A model generated the notes under the pieces. That model worked only from the letters and a program-made list of their open reading frames with translations. It was not told where the DNA came from and ran no database searches. A program made the position numbers and the translations under genes. A DNA stretch of 64,000 nucleotides from Yuukianura sp. NJ FZ-2021 (taxonomy: Eukaryota): NCBI GenBank assembly GCA_046563655.1, contig CM102286.1:9796001-9860000 (forward strand). The letters run 5' to 3'. Positions 36,692 through 50,483 of this stretch are shown here, in pieces. The number at the start of each line of letters is the position of its first letter. The stretch's first letter is position 1.

Positions 36692-38889
36692 AAAATCAAA
36701 ACAAATGCTTAATTGTCAATTCACGAGACACGTGAGTTTGATTCTGTGCATTTAGCGTTGCTTGACCGCCACATTTTGAGGGCAAGTGAAGCGGTCGATG
36801 TTCTTGGCGATAGTGAAACGGCTTCATGGGTTTTCTCTTTGATTAAAATTCTGAAAAATTTTCCTCCGTTTTAAGAAATCAAAACAAATGCTTAATTGTC
36901 AATTCACGAGACACGTGAGGTTGATTCTGTGCATTTAGCGTTGCTTGACCGCCACATTTTGAGGGCAAGTGAAGCGGTCGCTGTTCTTGGCGATAGTGAA
37001 ACGGCTTCATGGGTTTTCTCTTTGATTAAAATTCTGAAAAATTTTCCTCCGTTTTAAGAAATCAAAACAAATGCTTAATTGTCAATTCACGAGACACGTG
37101 AGGTTGATTCTGTGCATTTAGCGTTGCTTGACCGCCACATTTTGAGGGCAAGTGAAGCGGTCGCTGTTCTTGGCGATAGTGAAACGGCTTCATTGGTTTT
37201 CTCTTTGATTAAAATTCTGAAAAATTTTCCTCCGTTTTAAAAAATCAAAACAAATGCTTAATTGTCAATTCACGAGACACGTGAGGTTGATTCTGTGCAT
37301 TTAGCTTTGCTTGACCGCCACATTTTGAGGGCAAGTGAAGCGGTCGCTGTTCTTGGCGATATTGAAACGGCTTCATGGGTTTTCTCTTTGACTAAAATTC
37401 TGAAAAATTTTCCTCAGTTTTAAGAAATCAAAACAAATGCTTAATTGTCAATTCACGAGACACGTGAGGTTGATTCTGTGGATTTACCGTTGCTTGACCG
37501 CCACATTTTGAGGGCAAGTGAAGCGGTCGCTGTTCTTGGCGATAGTGAAACGGCTTCATGAGTTTTCTCTTTGATTAAAATTCTGAAAAATTTTCCTCCG
37601 TTTTAAGAAATCAAAACAAATGCTTAATTGTCAATTCACGAGACACGTGAGGTTGATTCTCTGCATTTAGCGTTGCTTGACCGCCACATTTTGAGGGCAA
37701 GTGAAGCGGTCGCTGTTCTTGGCGATAGTGAAACGGCTTCATTGGTTTTCTCTTTGATTAAAATTCTGAAAAATTTTCCTCCGTTTTAAAAAATCAAAAC
37801 AAATGCTTAATTGTCAATTCACGAGACACGTGAGGTTGATTCTGTGCATTTAGCTTTGCTTGACCGCCACATTTTGAGGGCAAGTGAAGCGGTCGCTGGT
37901 CTTGGCGATATTGAAACGGCTTCATGGGTTTTCTCTTTGACTAAAATTCTGAAAAATTTTCCTCAGTTTTAAGAAATCAAAACAAATGCTTAATTGTCAA
38001 TTCACGAGACACGTGAGGTTGATTCTGTGGATTTACCGTTGCTTGACCGCCACATTTTGAGGGCAAGTGAAGCGGTCGCTGTTCTTGGCGATAGTGAAAC
38101 GGCTTCATGAGTTTTCTCTTTGATTAAAATTCTGAAAAATTTTCCTCCGTTTTAAGAAATCAAAACAAATGCTTAATTGTCAATTCACGAGACACGTGAG
38201 GTTGATTCTCTGCATTTAGCGTTGCTTGACCGCCACATTTTGAGTGCAAGTGAAGCGGTCGGTGTTCTTGGCGATAGTGAAACGGCTTCATGGGTTTTCT
38301 CTTTGATTAAAATTCTGAAAAATTTTCCTCCGTTTTAAGAAATCAAAACAAATGCTTAATTGTCAATTCACGAGACACGTGAGTTTGATTCTGTGCATTT
38401 AGCGTTGCTTGACCACCACATTTTGAGGGCAAGTGAAGCGGTCGATGTTCTTGGCGATAGTGAAACGGCTTCATGGGTTTTCTCTTTGACTAAAATTCTG
38501 AAAAATTTTCCTCCGTTTTAAGAAATCAAAACAAATGCTTAATTGTCAATTCACGAGACACGTGAGGTTGATTCTGTGCATTTCGCGTTGCTTGACCGCC
38601 ACATTTTGAGGGCAAGTGAAGCGGTCGCTGTTCTTGGCGATAGTGAAACGGCTTCATGGGTTTTCTCTTTGATTAAAATTCTGAAAAATTTTCCTCCGTT
38701 TTAAGAAATCAAAACAAATGCTTAATTGTCAATTCACGAGACACGTGAGTTTGATTCTGTGCATTTAGCGTTGCTTGACCGCCACATTTTACGGGCAAGT
38801 GAAGCGGTCGATGTTCTTGGCGATAGTGAAACGGCTTCATGGGTTTTCTCTTTGATTAAAATTCTGAAAAATTTTCCTCCGTTTTAAAA

Positions 38890-39913
38890 CGAGGTAGGGC
38901 AATGCTCAAGGGTTGAGCATAGGTCTTCTGGAGGGAGTTGACAATTGATGCGACATTGAGACCGGCCTACCGCAAAACTCTGGACGAACTGAGAAACCGT
39001 TCTCATGGTATTGATGCTCTGAAAGGTCGCTAAAACTTTTCAGTGCGAATGTGAGATCCTATTTTGTGCTGAGTTGCACTAAAAATGTCTTGGCAATTTT
39101 TCAGTTTAATTGCACCAAAAGCATGTTTCAGTTTTGAGGCCCACAATATCTGCACTGAATTGATGTTGTTAATTTGCTGAGCAAGATACACACAATGTAT
39201 CATCGACGTTGTCATGGCAATGTATTATTAACGATCAGCGTTAATATAACTGTATCAAAATGTTGTTCAAATTGGGCTCAGATTTCACTCTAGCATGCAC
39301 AAACTTTCAGTTGTGTGCATCATGCACAAAATTGAACGTTGGCTGTTGGGGCCGAATGTCGATTCCTAAAGATCAAAATTGGTTCATGTAAATGCACACA
39401 ATTCAACGTTTATGTATCCCTGTTGGTCATAAATGTGCAACATGCACAGAAATGAACGCTGGGGTGAGAGGTCGAATATCGCTTATTAAAATCAAAATTT
39501 CTAGTAAATGCAAATTTGACCGATGCTATGCACTATTCACATATTAAACATTTAAGCCGGCTTTTCTACCCTTTGATCAGTCTTAATTTAACAATGTAAT
39601 TAAACATACTGCCAGAAAATGACCAGATCAAAAAGCCGTTCTTTAAAAATATTTTGAGTGCAATGTAGAGGTGTCAAAAAATTTAAGTAAGAAGAGTCGG
39701 CAATGGAAAGTAGCCGCTAATTTTCACGTTGTTAATATAACACTTTTAGTGGAATGTAGACCTACTAAAAACGCTTGAGCCATACATAACCCCCCGTCAA
39801 TAATGGGGCTAATGTTTCAGTGCAAAAAGTCCTAAAAAGTGTGACACACGGACAGACAAAGTCGTATCAATAGTCTTCTTCAGCACGTCGTAGACGTGCG
39901 TCTCCAGAAGACT
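38890..39913 (-). mobile_element. HINE family A in satellite (3 of 4)
   Basis: Near-identical, same site. Confidence 0.9.
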
Positions 39914-42295
39914 AAAATCAAAACAAATGCTTAATTGTCAATTCACGAGACACGTGAGTTTGATTCTGTGCATTTAGCGTTGCTTGACCGCCACATTTTG
40001 AGGGCAAGTGAAGCGGTCGATGTTCTTGGCGATAGTGAAACGGCTTCATGGGTTTTCTCTTTGATTAAAATTCTGAAAAATTTTCCTCCGTTTTAAGAAA
40101 TCAAAACAAATGCTTAATTGTCAATTCACGAGACACGTGAGGTTGATTCTGTGCATTTAGCGTTGCTTGACCGCCACATTTTGAGGGCAAGTGAAGCGGT
40201 CGCTGTTCTTGGCGATAGTGAAACGGCTTCATGGGTTTTCTCTTTGATTAAAATTCTGAAAAATTTTCCTCCGTTTTAAGAAATCAAAACAAATGCTTAA
40301 TTGTCAATTCACGAGACACGTGAGGTTGATTCTGTGCATTTAGCGTTGCTTGACCGCCACATTTTGAGGGTAAGTGAAGCGGTCGGTGTTCTTGGCGATA
40401 GTGAAACGGCTTCATGGGTTTTCTCTTTGATTAAAATTCTGAAAAATTTTCCTCCGTTTCAAGAAATCAAAACAAATGCTTAATTGTCAATTCACGAGAC
40501 ACGTGAGGTTGATTCTGTGCATTTAGCGTTGCTTGACCGCCACATTTTGAGGGTAAGTGAAGCGGTCGGTGTTCTTGGCGATAGTGAAACGGCTTCATGG
40601 GTTTTCTCTTTGATTAAAATTCTGAAAAATTTTCCTCCGTTTTAAGAAATCAAAACAAATGCTTAATTGTCAATTCACGAGACACGTGAGGTTTGATTCT
40701 GTGCATTTAGCGTTGCTTGACCGCCACATTTTGAGGGCAAGTGAAGCGGTCGATGTTCTTGGCGATAGTGAAACGGCTTCATGGGTTTTCTCTTTGACTA
40801 AAATTCTGAAAAATTTTCCTCCGTTTTAAGAAATCAAAACAAATGCTTAATTGTCAATTCACGAGACACGTGAGGTTGATTCTGTGCATTTAGCGTTGCT
40901 TGACCGCCACATTTTGAGGGCAAGTGAAGCGGTCGCTGTTCTTGGCGATAGTGAAACGGCTTCATGAGTTTTCTCTTTGATTAAAATTCTGAAAAATTTT
41001 CCTCCGTTTTAAGAAATCAAAACAAATGCTTAATTGTCAATTCACGAGACACGTGAGGTTGATTCTGTGCATTTAGCGTTGCTTGACCGCCACATTTTGA
41101 GGGCAAGTGAAGCGGTCGGTGTTCTTGGCGATAGTGAAACGGCTTCATGGGTTTTCTCTTTGATTAAAATTCTGAAAAATTTTCCTCCGTTTTAAGAAAT
41201 CAAAACAAATGCTTAATTGTCAATTCACGAGACACGTGAGTTTGATTCTGTGCATTTAGCGTTGCTTGACCGCCACATTTTGAGGGCAAGTGAAGCGGTC
41301 GATGTTCTTGGCGATAGTGAAACGGCTTCATGGGTTTTCTCTTTGACTAAAATTCTGAAAAATTTTCCTCCGTTTTAAGAAATCAAAACAAATGCTTAAT
41401 TGTCAATTCACGAGACACGTGAGGTTGATTCTGTGCATTTAGCGTTGCTTGACCGCCACATTTTGAGGGCAAGTGAAGCGGTCGCTGTTCTTGGCGATAG
41501 TGAAACGGCTTCATGAGTTTTCTCTTTGATTAAAATTCTGAAAAATTTTCCTCCGTTTTAAGAAATCAAAACAAATGCTTAATTGTCAATTCACGAGACA
41601 CGTGAGGCTGATTCTGTGCATTTAGCGTTGCTTGACCGCCACATTTTGAGGGCAAGTGAAGCGGTCGGTGTTCTTGGCGATAGTGAAACGGCTTCATGGG
41701 TTTTCTCTTTGATTAAAATTCTGAAAAATTTTCCTCCGTTTTAAGAAATCAAAACAAATGCTTAATTGTCAATTCACGAGAGACGTGAGGTTGATTCTGT
41801 GCATTTAGCGTTGCTTGACCGCCACATTTTGAGGGCAAGTGAAGCGGTCGCTGGTCTTGGCGATAGTGAAACGGCTTCATGGGTTTTCTCTTTGATTAAA
41901 ATTCTGAAAAATTTTCCTCCGTTTTAAGAAATTAAAACAAATGCTTAATTGTCAATTCACGAGAGACGTGAGGTTGATTCTGTTCATTTAGCGTTGCTTG
42001 ACCGCCACATTTTGAGGGCAAGTGAAGCGGTCGCTGGTCTTGGCGATAGTGAAACGGCTTCATGGGTTTTCTCTTTGATTAAAATTCTGAAAAATTTTCC
42101 TCCGTTTTAAGAAATCAAAACAAATGCTTAATTGTCAATTCACGAGGCACGTGAGCTTGATTCTGTTCATTTAGCGTTGCTTGACCGCCACATTTTGAGG
42201 GCAAGTGAAGCGGTCGCTGTTCTTGGCGATAGTGAAACGGCTTCATGGGTTTTCTCTTTGATTAAAATTCTGAAAAATTTTCCTCCGTTTTAAAA

Positions 42296-43320
42296 CGAGG
42301 TAGGGCAATGCTCAAGGGTTGAGCATAGGTCTTCTGGAGGGAGTTGACAATTGATGCGACATTGAGACCGGCCTACCGCAAAACTCTGGACGAACTGAGA
42401 AACCGTTCTCATGGTATTGATGCTCTGAAAGGTCGCTAAAACTTTTCAGTGCGAATGTGAGATCCTATTTTGTGCTGAGTTGCACTAAAAATGTCTTGGC
42501 AATTTTTCAGTTTAATTGCACCAAAAGCATGTTTCAGTTTTGAGGCCCACAATATCTGCACTGAATTGATGTTGTTAATTTGCTGAGCAAGATACACACA
42601 ATGTATCATCGACGTTGTCATGGCAATGTATTATTAACGATCAGCGTTAATATAACTGTATCAAAATGTTGTTCAAATTGGGCTCAGATTTCACTCTAGC
42701 ATGCACAAACTTTCAGTTGTGTGCATCATGCACAAAATTGAACGTTGGCTGTTGGGGCCGAATGTCGATTCCTAAAGATCAAAATTGGTTCATGTAAATG
42801 CACACAATTCAACGTTTATGTATCCCTGTTGGTCATAAATGTGCAACATGCACAGAAATGAACGCTGGGGTGAGAGGTCGAATATCGCTTATTAAAATCA
42901 AAATTTCTAGTAAATGCAAATTTGACCGATGCTATGCACTATTCACATATTAAACATTTAAGCCGGCTTTTCTACCCTTTGATCAGTCTTAATTTAACAA
43001 TGTAATTAAACATACTGCCAGAAAATGACCAGATCAAAAAGCCGTTCTTTAAAAATATTTTGAGTGCAATGTAGAGGTGTCAAAAAAATTTAAGTAAGAA
43101 GAGTCGGCAATGGAAAGTAGCCGCTAATTTTCACGTTGTTAATATAACACTTTTAGTGGAATGTAGACCTACTAAAAACGCTTGAGCCATACATAACCCC
43201 CCGTCAATAATGGGGCTAATGTTTCAGTGCAAAAAGTCCTAAAAAGTGTGACACACGGACAGACAAAGTCGTATCAATAGTCTTCTTCAGCACGTCGTAG
43301 ACGTGCGTCTCCAGAAGACT
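42296..43320 (-). mobile_element. HINE family A in satellite (4 of 4)
   Basis: Near-identical, same site. Confidence 0.9.
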
Positions 43321-46300
43321 AAAATCAAAACAAATGCTTAATTGTCAATTCACGAGACACGTGAGTTTGATTCTGTGCATTTAGCGTTGCTTGACCGCCA
43401 CATTTTGAGGGCAAGTGAAGCGGTCGATGTTCTTGGCGATAGTGAAACGGCTTCATGGGTTTTCTCTTTGATTAAAATTCTGAAAAATTTTCCTCCGTTT
43501 TAAGAAATCAAAACAAATGCTTAATTGTCAATTCACGAGACACGTGAGGTTGATTCTGTGCCGCCATTTAGCGTTGCTTGACCGCCACATTTTGAGGGCA
43601 AGTGAAGCGGTCGCTGTTCTTGGCGATAGTGAAACGGCTTCATGGGTTTTCTCTTTGATTAAAATTCTGAAAAATTTTCCTCCGTTTTAAGAAATCAAAA
43701 CAAATGCTTAATTGTCAATTCACGAGACACGTGAGGTTGATTCTGTGCATTTAGCGTTGCTTGACCGCCACATTTTGAGGGCAAGTGAAGCGGTCGGTGT
43801 TCTTGGCGATAGTGAAACGGCTTCATGGAAACGTTTTCTCTTTGATTAAAATTCTGAAAAATTTTCCTCCGTTTTAAGAAATCAAAACAAATGCTTAATT
43901 GTCAATTCACGAGACACGTGAGGTTGATTCTGTGCATTTAGCGTTGCTTGACCGCCACATTTTGAGGGCAAGTGAAGCGGTCGGTGTTCTTGGCGATAGT
44001 GAAACGGCTTCATGGGTTTTCTCTTTGATTAAAATTCTGAAAAATTTTCCTCCGTTTTAAGAAATCAAAACAAATGCTTAATTGTCAATTCACGAGACAC
44101 GTGAGGTTGATTCTGTGCATTTAGCGTTGCTTGACCGCCACATTTTGAGGGCAAGTGAAGCGGTCGATGTTCTTGGCGATAGTGAAACGGCTTCATGGGT
44201 TTTCTCTTTGATTAAAATTCTGAAAAATTTTCCTCCGTTTTAAGAAATCAAAACAAATGCTTAATTGTCAATTCACGAGACACGTGAGGTTGATTCTGTG
44301 CATTTAGCGTTGCTTGACCGCCACATTTTGAGGGCAAGTGAAGCGGTCGCTGTTCTTGGCGATAGTGAAACGGCTTCATGGGTTTTCTCTTTGATTAAAA
44401 TTCTGAAAAATTTTCCTCCGTTTTAAGAAATCAAAACAAATGCTTAATTGTCAATTCACGAGACACGTGAGGTTGATTCTGTGCATTTAGCGTTGCTTGA
44501 CCGCCACATTTTGAGGGCAAGTGAAGCGGTCGGTGTTCTTGGCGATAGTGAAACGGCTTCATGGGTTTTCTCTTTGATTAAAATTCTGAAAAATTTTCCT
44601 CCGTTTTAAGAAATCAAAACAAATGCTTAATTGTCAATTCACGAGACACGTGAGGTTGATTCTGTGCATTTAGCGTTGCTTGACCGCCACATTTTGAGGG
44701 CAAGTGAAGCGGTCGGTGTTCTTGGCGATAGTGAAACGGCTTCATGGGTTTTCTCTTTGATTAAAATTCTGAAAAATTTTCCTCCGTTTTAAGAAATCAA
44801 AACAAATGCTTAATTGTCAATTGACGAGACACGTGGACTTGATGCTGTGCATTTAGCGGTGCTTGACCGCCACATTTTGAGGGCAAGTGAAGCGGTCGAT
44901 GTTCTTGGCGATAGTGAAACGGCTTCATGGGTTTTCTCTTTGATTAAAATTCTGAAAAATTTTCCTCCGTTTTAAGAAATCAAAACAAATGCTTAATTGT
45001 CAATTCACGAGACACGTGAGGTTGATTCTGTGCATTTAGCGTTGCTTGACCGCCACATTTTGAGGGCAAGTGAAGCGGTCGCTGTTCTTGGCGATAGTGA
45101 AACGGCTTCATGGGTTTTCTCTTTGATTAAAATTCTGAAAAATTTTCCTCCGTTTTAAGAAATCAAAACAAATGCTTAATTGTCAATTCACGAGAGACGT
45201 GAGGTTGATTCTGTGCATTTAGCGTTGCTTGACCGCCACATTTTGAGGGCAAGTGAAGCGGTCGCTGTTCTTGGCGATAGTGAAACGGCTTCATGGGTTT
45301 TCTCTTTGATTAAAATTCTGAAAAATTTTCCTCCGTTTTAAGAAATCAAAACAAATGCTTAATTGTCAATTCACGAGAGACGTGGACTTGATGCTGTGCA
45401 TTTAGCGGTGCTTGACCGCCACATTTTGAGGTCAAGTGAAGAGGTCGTCGTTCTTGGCGATAGTGAAACGGCTTCATGGGTTTCCTCTTTGATTAAAATT
45501 CTGAAAATTTTTCCTCCGTTTTAAGAAATCAAAACAAATGCTTAATTGTCAATTCACGAGACACGTGAGGTTGATTCTGTGCATTTAGCGTTGCTTGACC
45601 GCCACATTTTGAGGGCAAGTGAAGCGGTCGCTGTTCTTGGCGATAGTGAAACGGCTTCATGAGTTTTCTCTTTGATTAAAATTCTGAAAAATTTTCTTCC
45701 GTTTTAAGAAATCAAAACAAATGCTTAATTGTCAATTCACGAGACACGTGAGGTTGATTCTGTGCATTTAGCGTTGCTTGACCGCCACATTTTGAGGGCA
45801 AGTGAAGAGGTCGTTGTTCTTGGCGATAGTGAAACGGCTTCATGGGTTTCCTCTTTGATTAAAATTCTGAAAATTTTTCCTCCGTTTTAAGAAATCAAAA
45901 CAAATGCTTAATTGTCAATTCACGAGAGACGTGAGGTTGATTCTGTGCATTTAGCGTTGCTTGACCGCCACATTTTGAGGGCAAGTGAAGCGGTCGCTGG
46001 TCTTGGCGATAGTGAAACGGCTTCATGGGTTTTCTCTTTGATTAAAATTCTGAAAAATTTTCCTCCGTTTTAAGAAATCAAAACAAATGCTTAATTGTCA
46101 ATTCACGAGAGACGTGAGGTTGATTCTGTGCATTTAGCGTTGCTTGACCGCCACATTTTGAGGGCAAGTGAAGCGGTCGCTGTTCTTGGCGATAGTGAAA
46201 CGGCTTCATGGGTTTTCTCTTTGATTAAAATTCTGAAAAATTTTCCTCCGTTTTAAGAAATCAAAACAAATGCTTAATTGTCAATTCACGAGAGACGTGA

Positions 46301-49300
46301 GGTTGATTCTGTGCATTTAGCGTTGCTTGACCGCCACATTTTGAGGGCAAGTGAAGCGGTCGCTGTTCTTGGCGATAGTGAAACGGCTTCATGGGTTTTC
46401 TCTTTGATTAAAATTCTGAAAAATTTTCCTCCGTTTTAAGAAATCAAAACAAATGCTTAATTGTCAATTCACGAGACACGTGAGGTTGATTCTGTGCATT
46501 TAGCGTTGCTTGACCGCCACATTTTGAGGGCAAGTGAAGCGGTCGCTGTTCTTGGCGATAGTGAAACGGCTTCATGGGTTTTCTCTTTGATTAAAATTCT
46601 GAAAAATTTTCCTCCGTTTTAAGAAATCAAAACAAATGCTTAATTGTCAATTCACGAGAGACGTGAGGTTGATTCTGTGCATTTAGCGTTGCTTGACCGC
46701 CACATTTTGAGGGCAAGTGAAGCGGTCGCTGTTCTTGGCGATAGTGAAACGGCTTCATGGGTTTTCTCTTTGATTAAAATTCTGAAAAATTTTCCTCCGT
46801 TTTAAGAAATCAAAACAAATGCTTAATTGTCAATTCACGAGACACGTGAGGTTGATTCTGTGCATTTAGCGTTGCTTGACCGCCACATTTTGAGGGCAAG
46901 TGAAGCGGTCGCTGTTCTTGGCGATAGTGAAACGGCTTCATGGGTTTTCTCTTTGATTAAAATTCTGAAAAATTTTCCTCCGTTTTAAAAAATCAAAACA
47001 AATGCTTAATTGTCAATTCACGAGACACGTGAGGTTGATTCTGTGCATTTAGCTTTGCTTGACCGCCACATTTTGAGGGCAAGTGAAGCGGTCGCTGTTC
47101 TTGGCGATAGTGAAACGGCTTCATGGGTTTTCTCTTTGATTAAAATTCTGAAAAATTTTCCTCCGTTTTAAGAAATCAAAACAAATGCTTAATTGTCAAT
47201 TCACGAGACACGTGAGGTTGATTCTGTGCATTTAGCGTTGCTTGACCGCCACATTTTGAGGGTAAGTGAAGCGGTCGGTGTTCTTGGCGATAGTGAAACG
47301 GCTTCATGGGTTTTCTCTTTGATTAAAATTCTGAAAAATTTTCCTCCGTTTCAAGAAATCAAAACAAATGCTTAATTGTCAATTCACGAGACACGTGAGG
47401 TTGATTCTGTGCATTTAGCGTTGCTTGACCGCCACATTTTGAGGGTAAGTGAAGCGGTCGGTGTTCTTGGCGATAGTGAAACGGCTTCATGGGTTTTCTC
47501 TTTGATTAAAATTCTGAAAAATTTTCCTCCGTTTTAAGAAATCAAAACAAATGCTTAATTGTCAATTCACGAGACACGTGAGTTTGATTCTGTGCATTTA
47601 GCGTTGCTTGACCGCCACATTTTGAGGGCAAGTGAAGCGGTCGATGTTCTTGGCGATAGTGAAACGGCTTCATGGGTTTTCTCTTTGATTAAAATTCTGA
47701 AAAATTTTCCTCCGTTTTAAGAAATCAAAACAAATGCTTAATTGTCAATTCACGAGACACGTGAGGTTGATTCTGTGCATTTAGCGTTGCTTGACCGCCA
47801 CATTTTGAGGGCAAGTGAAGCGGTCGCTGTTCTTGGCGATAGTGAAACGGCTTCATGAGTTTTCTCTTTGATTAAAATTCTGAAAAATTTTCCTCCGTTT
47901 TAAGAAATCAAAACAAATGCTTAATTGTCAATTCACGAGACACGTGAGGTTGATTCTGTGCATTTAGCGTTGCTTGACCGCCACATTTTGAGGGCAAGTG
48001 AAGCGGTCGGTGTTCTTGGCGATAGTGAAACGGCTTCATGGGTTTTCTCTTTGATTAAAATTCTGAAAAATTTTCCTCCGTTTTAAGAAATCAAAACAAA
48101 TGCTTAATTGTCAATTCACGAGACACGTGAGTTTGATTCTGTGCATTTAGCGTTACTTGACCGCCACATTTTGAGGGCAAGTGAAGCGGTCGATGTTCTT
48201 GGCGATAGTGAAACGGCTTCATGGGTTTTCTCTTTGACTAAAATTCTGAAAAATTTTCCTCCGTTTTAAGAAATCAAAACAAATGCTTAATTGTCAATTC
48301 ACGAGACACGTGAGGTTGATTCTGTGCATTTAGCGTTGCTTGACCGCCACATTTTGAGGGCAAGTGAAGCGGTCGCTGTTCTTGGCGATAGTGAAACGGC
48401 TTCATGAGTTTTCTCTTTGATTAAAATTCTGAAAAATTTTCCTCCGTTTTAAGAAATCAAAACAAATGCTTAATTGTCAATTCACGAGACACGTGAGGCT
48501 GATTCTGTGCATTTAGCGTTGCTTGACCGCCACATTTTGAGGGCAAGTGAAGCGGTCGGTGTTCTTGGCGATAGTGAAACGGCTTCATGGGTTTTCTCTT
48601 TGATTAAAATTCTGAAAAATTTTCCTCCGTTTTAAGAAATCAAAACAAATGCTTAATTGTCAATTCACGAGAGACGTGAGGTTGATTCTGTGCATTTAGC
48701 GTTGCTTGACCGCCACATTTTGAGGGCAAGTGAAGCGGTCGCTGGTCTTGGCGATAGTGAAACGGCTTCATGGGTTTTCTCTTTGATTAAAATTCTGAAA
48801 AATTTTCCTCCGTTTTAAGAAATCAAAACAAATGCTTAATTGTCAATTCACGAGAGACGTGAGGTTGATTCTGTTCATTTAGCGTTGCTTGACCGCCACA
48901 TTTTGAGGGCAAGTGAAGCGGTCGCTGGTCTTGGCGATAGTGAAACGGCTTCATGGGTTTTCTCTTTGATTAAAATTCTGAAAAATTTTCCTCCGTTTTA
49001 AGAAATCAAAACAAATGCTTAATTGTCAATTCACGAGGCACGTGAGCTTGATTCTGTTCATTTAGCGTTGCTTGACCGCCACATTTTGAGGGCAAGTGAA
49101 GCGGTCGCTGTTCTTGGCGATAGTGAAACGGCTTCATGGGTTTTCTCTTTGATTAAAATTCTGAAAAATTTTCCTCCGTTTTAAGAAATCAAAACAAATG
49201 CTTAATTGTCAATTCACGAGACACGTGAGGTTGATTCTGTGCATTTAGCGTTGCTTGACCGCCACATTTTGAGGGCAAGTGAAGCGGTCGCTGTTCTTGG

Positions 49301-50483
49301 CGATAGTGAAACGGCTTCATGAGTTTTCTCTTTGATTAAAATTCTGAAAAATTTTCTTCCGTTTTAAGAAATCAAAACAAATGCTTAATTGTCAATTCAC
49401 GAGACACGTGAGGTTGATTCTGTGCATTTAGCGTTGCTTGACCGCCACATTTTGAGGGCAAGTGAAGCGGTCGCTGGTATTGGCGATAGTGAAACGGCTT
49501 CATGGGTTTTCTCTTTGATTAAAATTCTGAAAAATTTTCCTCCGTTTTAAGAAATCAAAACAAATGCTTAATTGTCAATTCACGAGAGACGTGAGGTTGA
49601 TTCTGTGCATTTAGCGTTGCTTGACCGCCACATTTTGAGGGCAAGTGAAGCGGTCGCTGGTCTTGGCGATAGTGAAACGGCTTCATGGGTTTTCTCTTTG
49701 ATTAAAATTCTGAAAAATTTTCCTCCGTTTTAAGAAATCAAAACAAATGCTTAATTGTCAATTCACGAGAGACGTGAGGTTGATTCTGTGCATTTAGCGT
49801 TGCTTGACCGCCACATTTTGAGGGCAAGTGAAGCGGTCGCTGTTCTTGGCGATAGTGAAACGGCTTCATGGGTTTTCTCTTTGATTAAAATTCTGAAAAA
49901 TTTTCCTCCGTTTTAAGAAATCAAAACAAATGCTTAATTGTCAATTCACGAGAGACGTGAGGTTGATTCTGTGCATTTAGCGTTGCTTGACCGCCACATT
50001 TTGAGGGCAAGTGAAGCGGTCGCTGTTCTTGGCGATAGTGAAACGGCTTCATGGGTTTTCTCTTTGATTAAAATTCTGAAAAATTTTCCTCCGTTTTAAG
50101 AAATCAAAACAAATGCTTAATTGTCAATTCACGAGACACGTGAGGTTGATTCTGTGCATTTAGCGTTGCTTGACCGCCACATTTTGAGGGCAAGTGAAGC
50201 GGTCGCTGTTCTTGGCGATAGTGAAACGGCTTCATGGGTTTTCTCTTTGATTAAAATTCTGAAAAATTTTCCTCCGTTTTAAAAAATCAAAACAAATGCT
50301 TAATTGTCAATTCACGAGACACGTGAGTTTGATTCTGTGCATTTAGCGTTGCTTGACCGCCACATTTTGAGGGTAAGTGAAGCGGTCGGTGTTCTTGGCG
50401 ATAGTAAAACGGCTTCATGGGTTTTCTCCTTGATTAAAATTCTGAAAAATTTTCCTCCGTTTTAAGAAATCAAAACAAATGCT

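Larger units (their letters stand above)
28494..50483. repeat. 183-bp satellite array (~98 monomers) with four HINE insertions
   Basis: gagggcaagtgaagcggtcg recurs every 183 bp (28501, 28684, 28867...); monomers differ by a few substitutions. Confidence 0.98.

Noticed and set aside
28494..50483. CRISPR-like array or coding repeat (60-aa ORFs; 183 = 61 codons)
   Set aside because: No unique spacers and no cas genes. Most monomers have stops in that frame; the ORFs at 40301 and 47193 arise from a single SNP.
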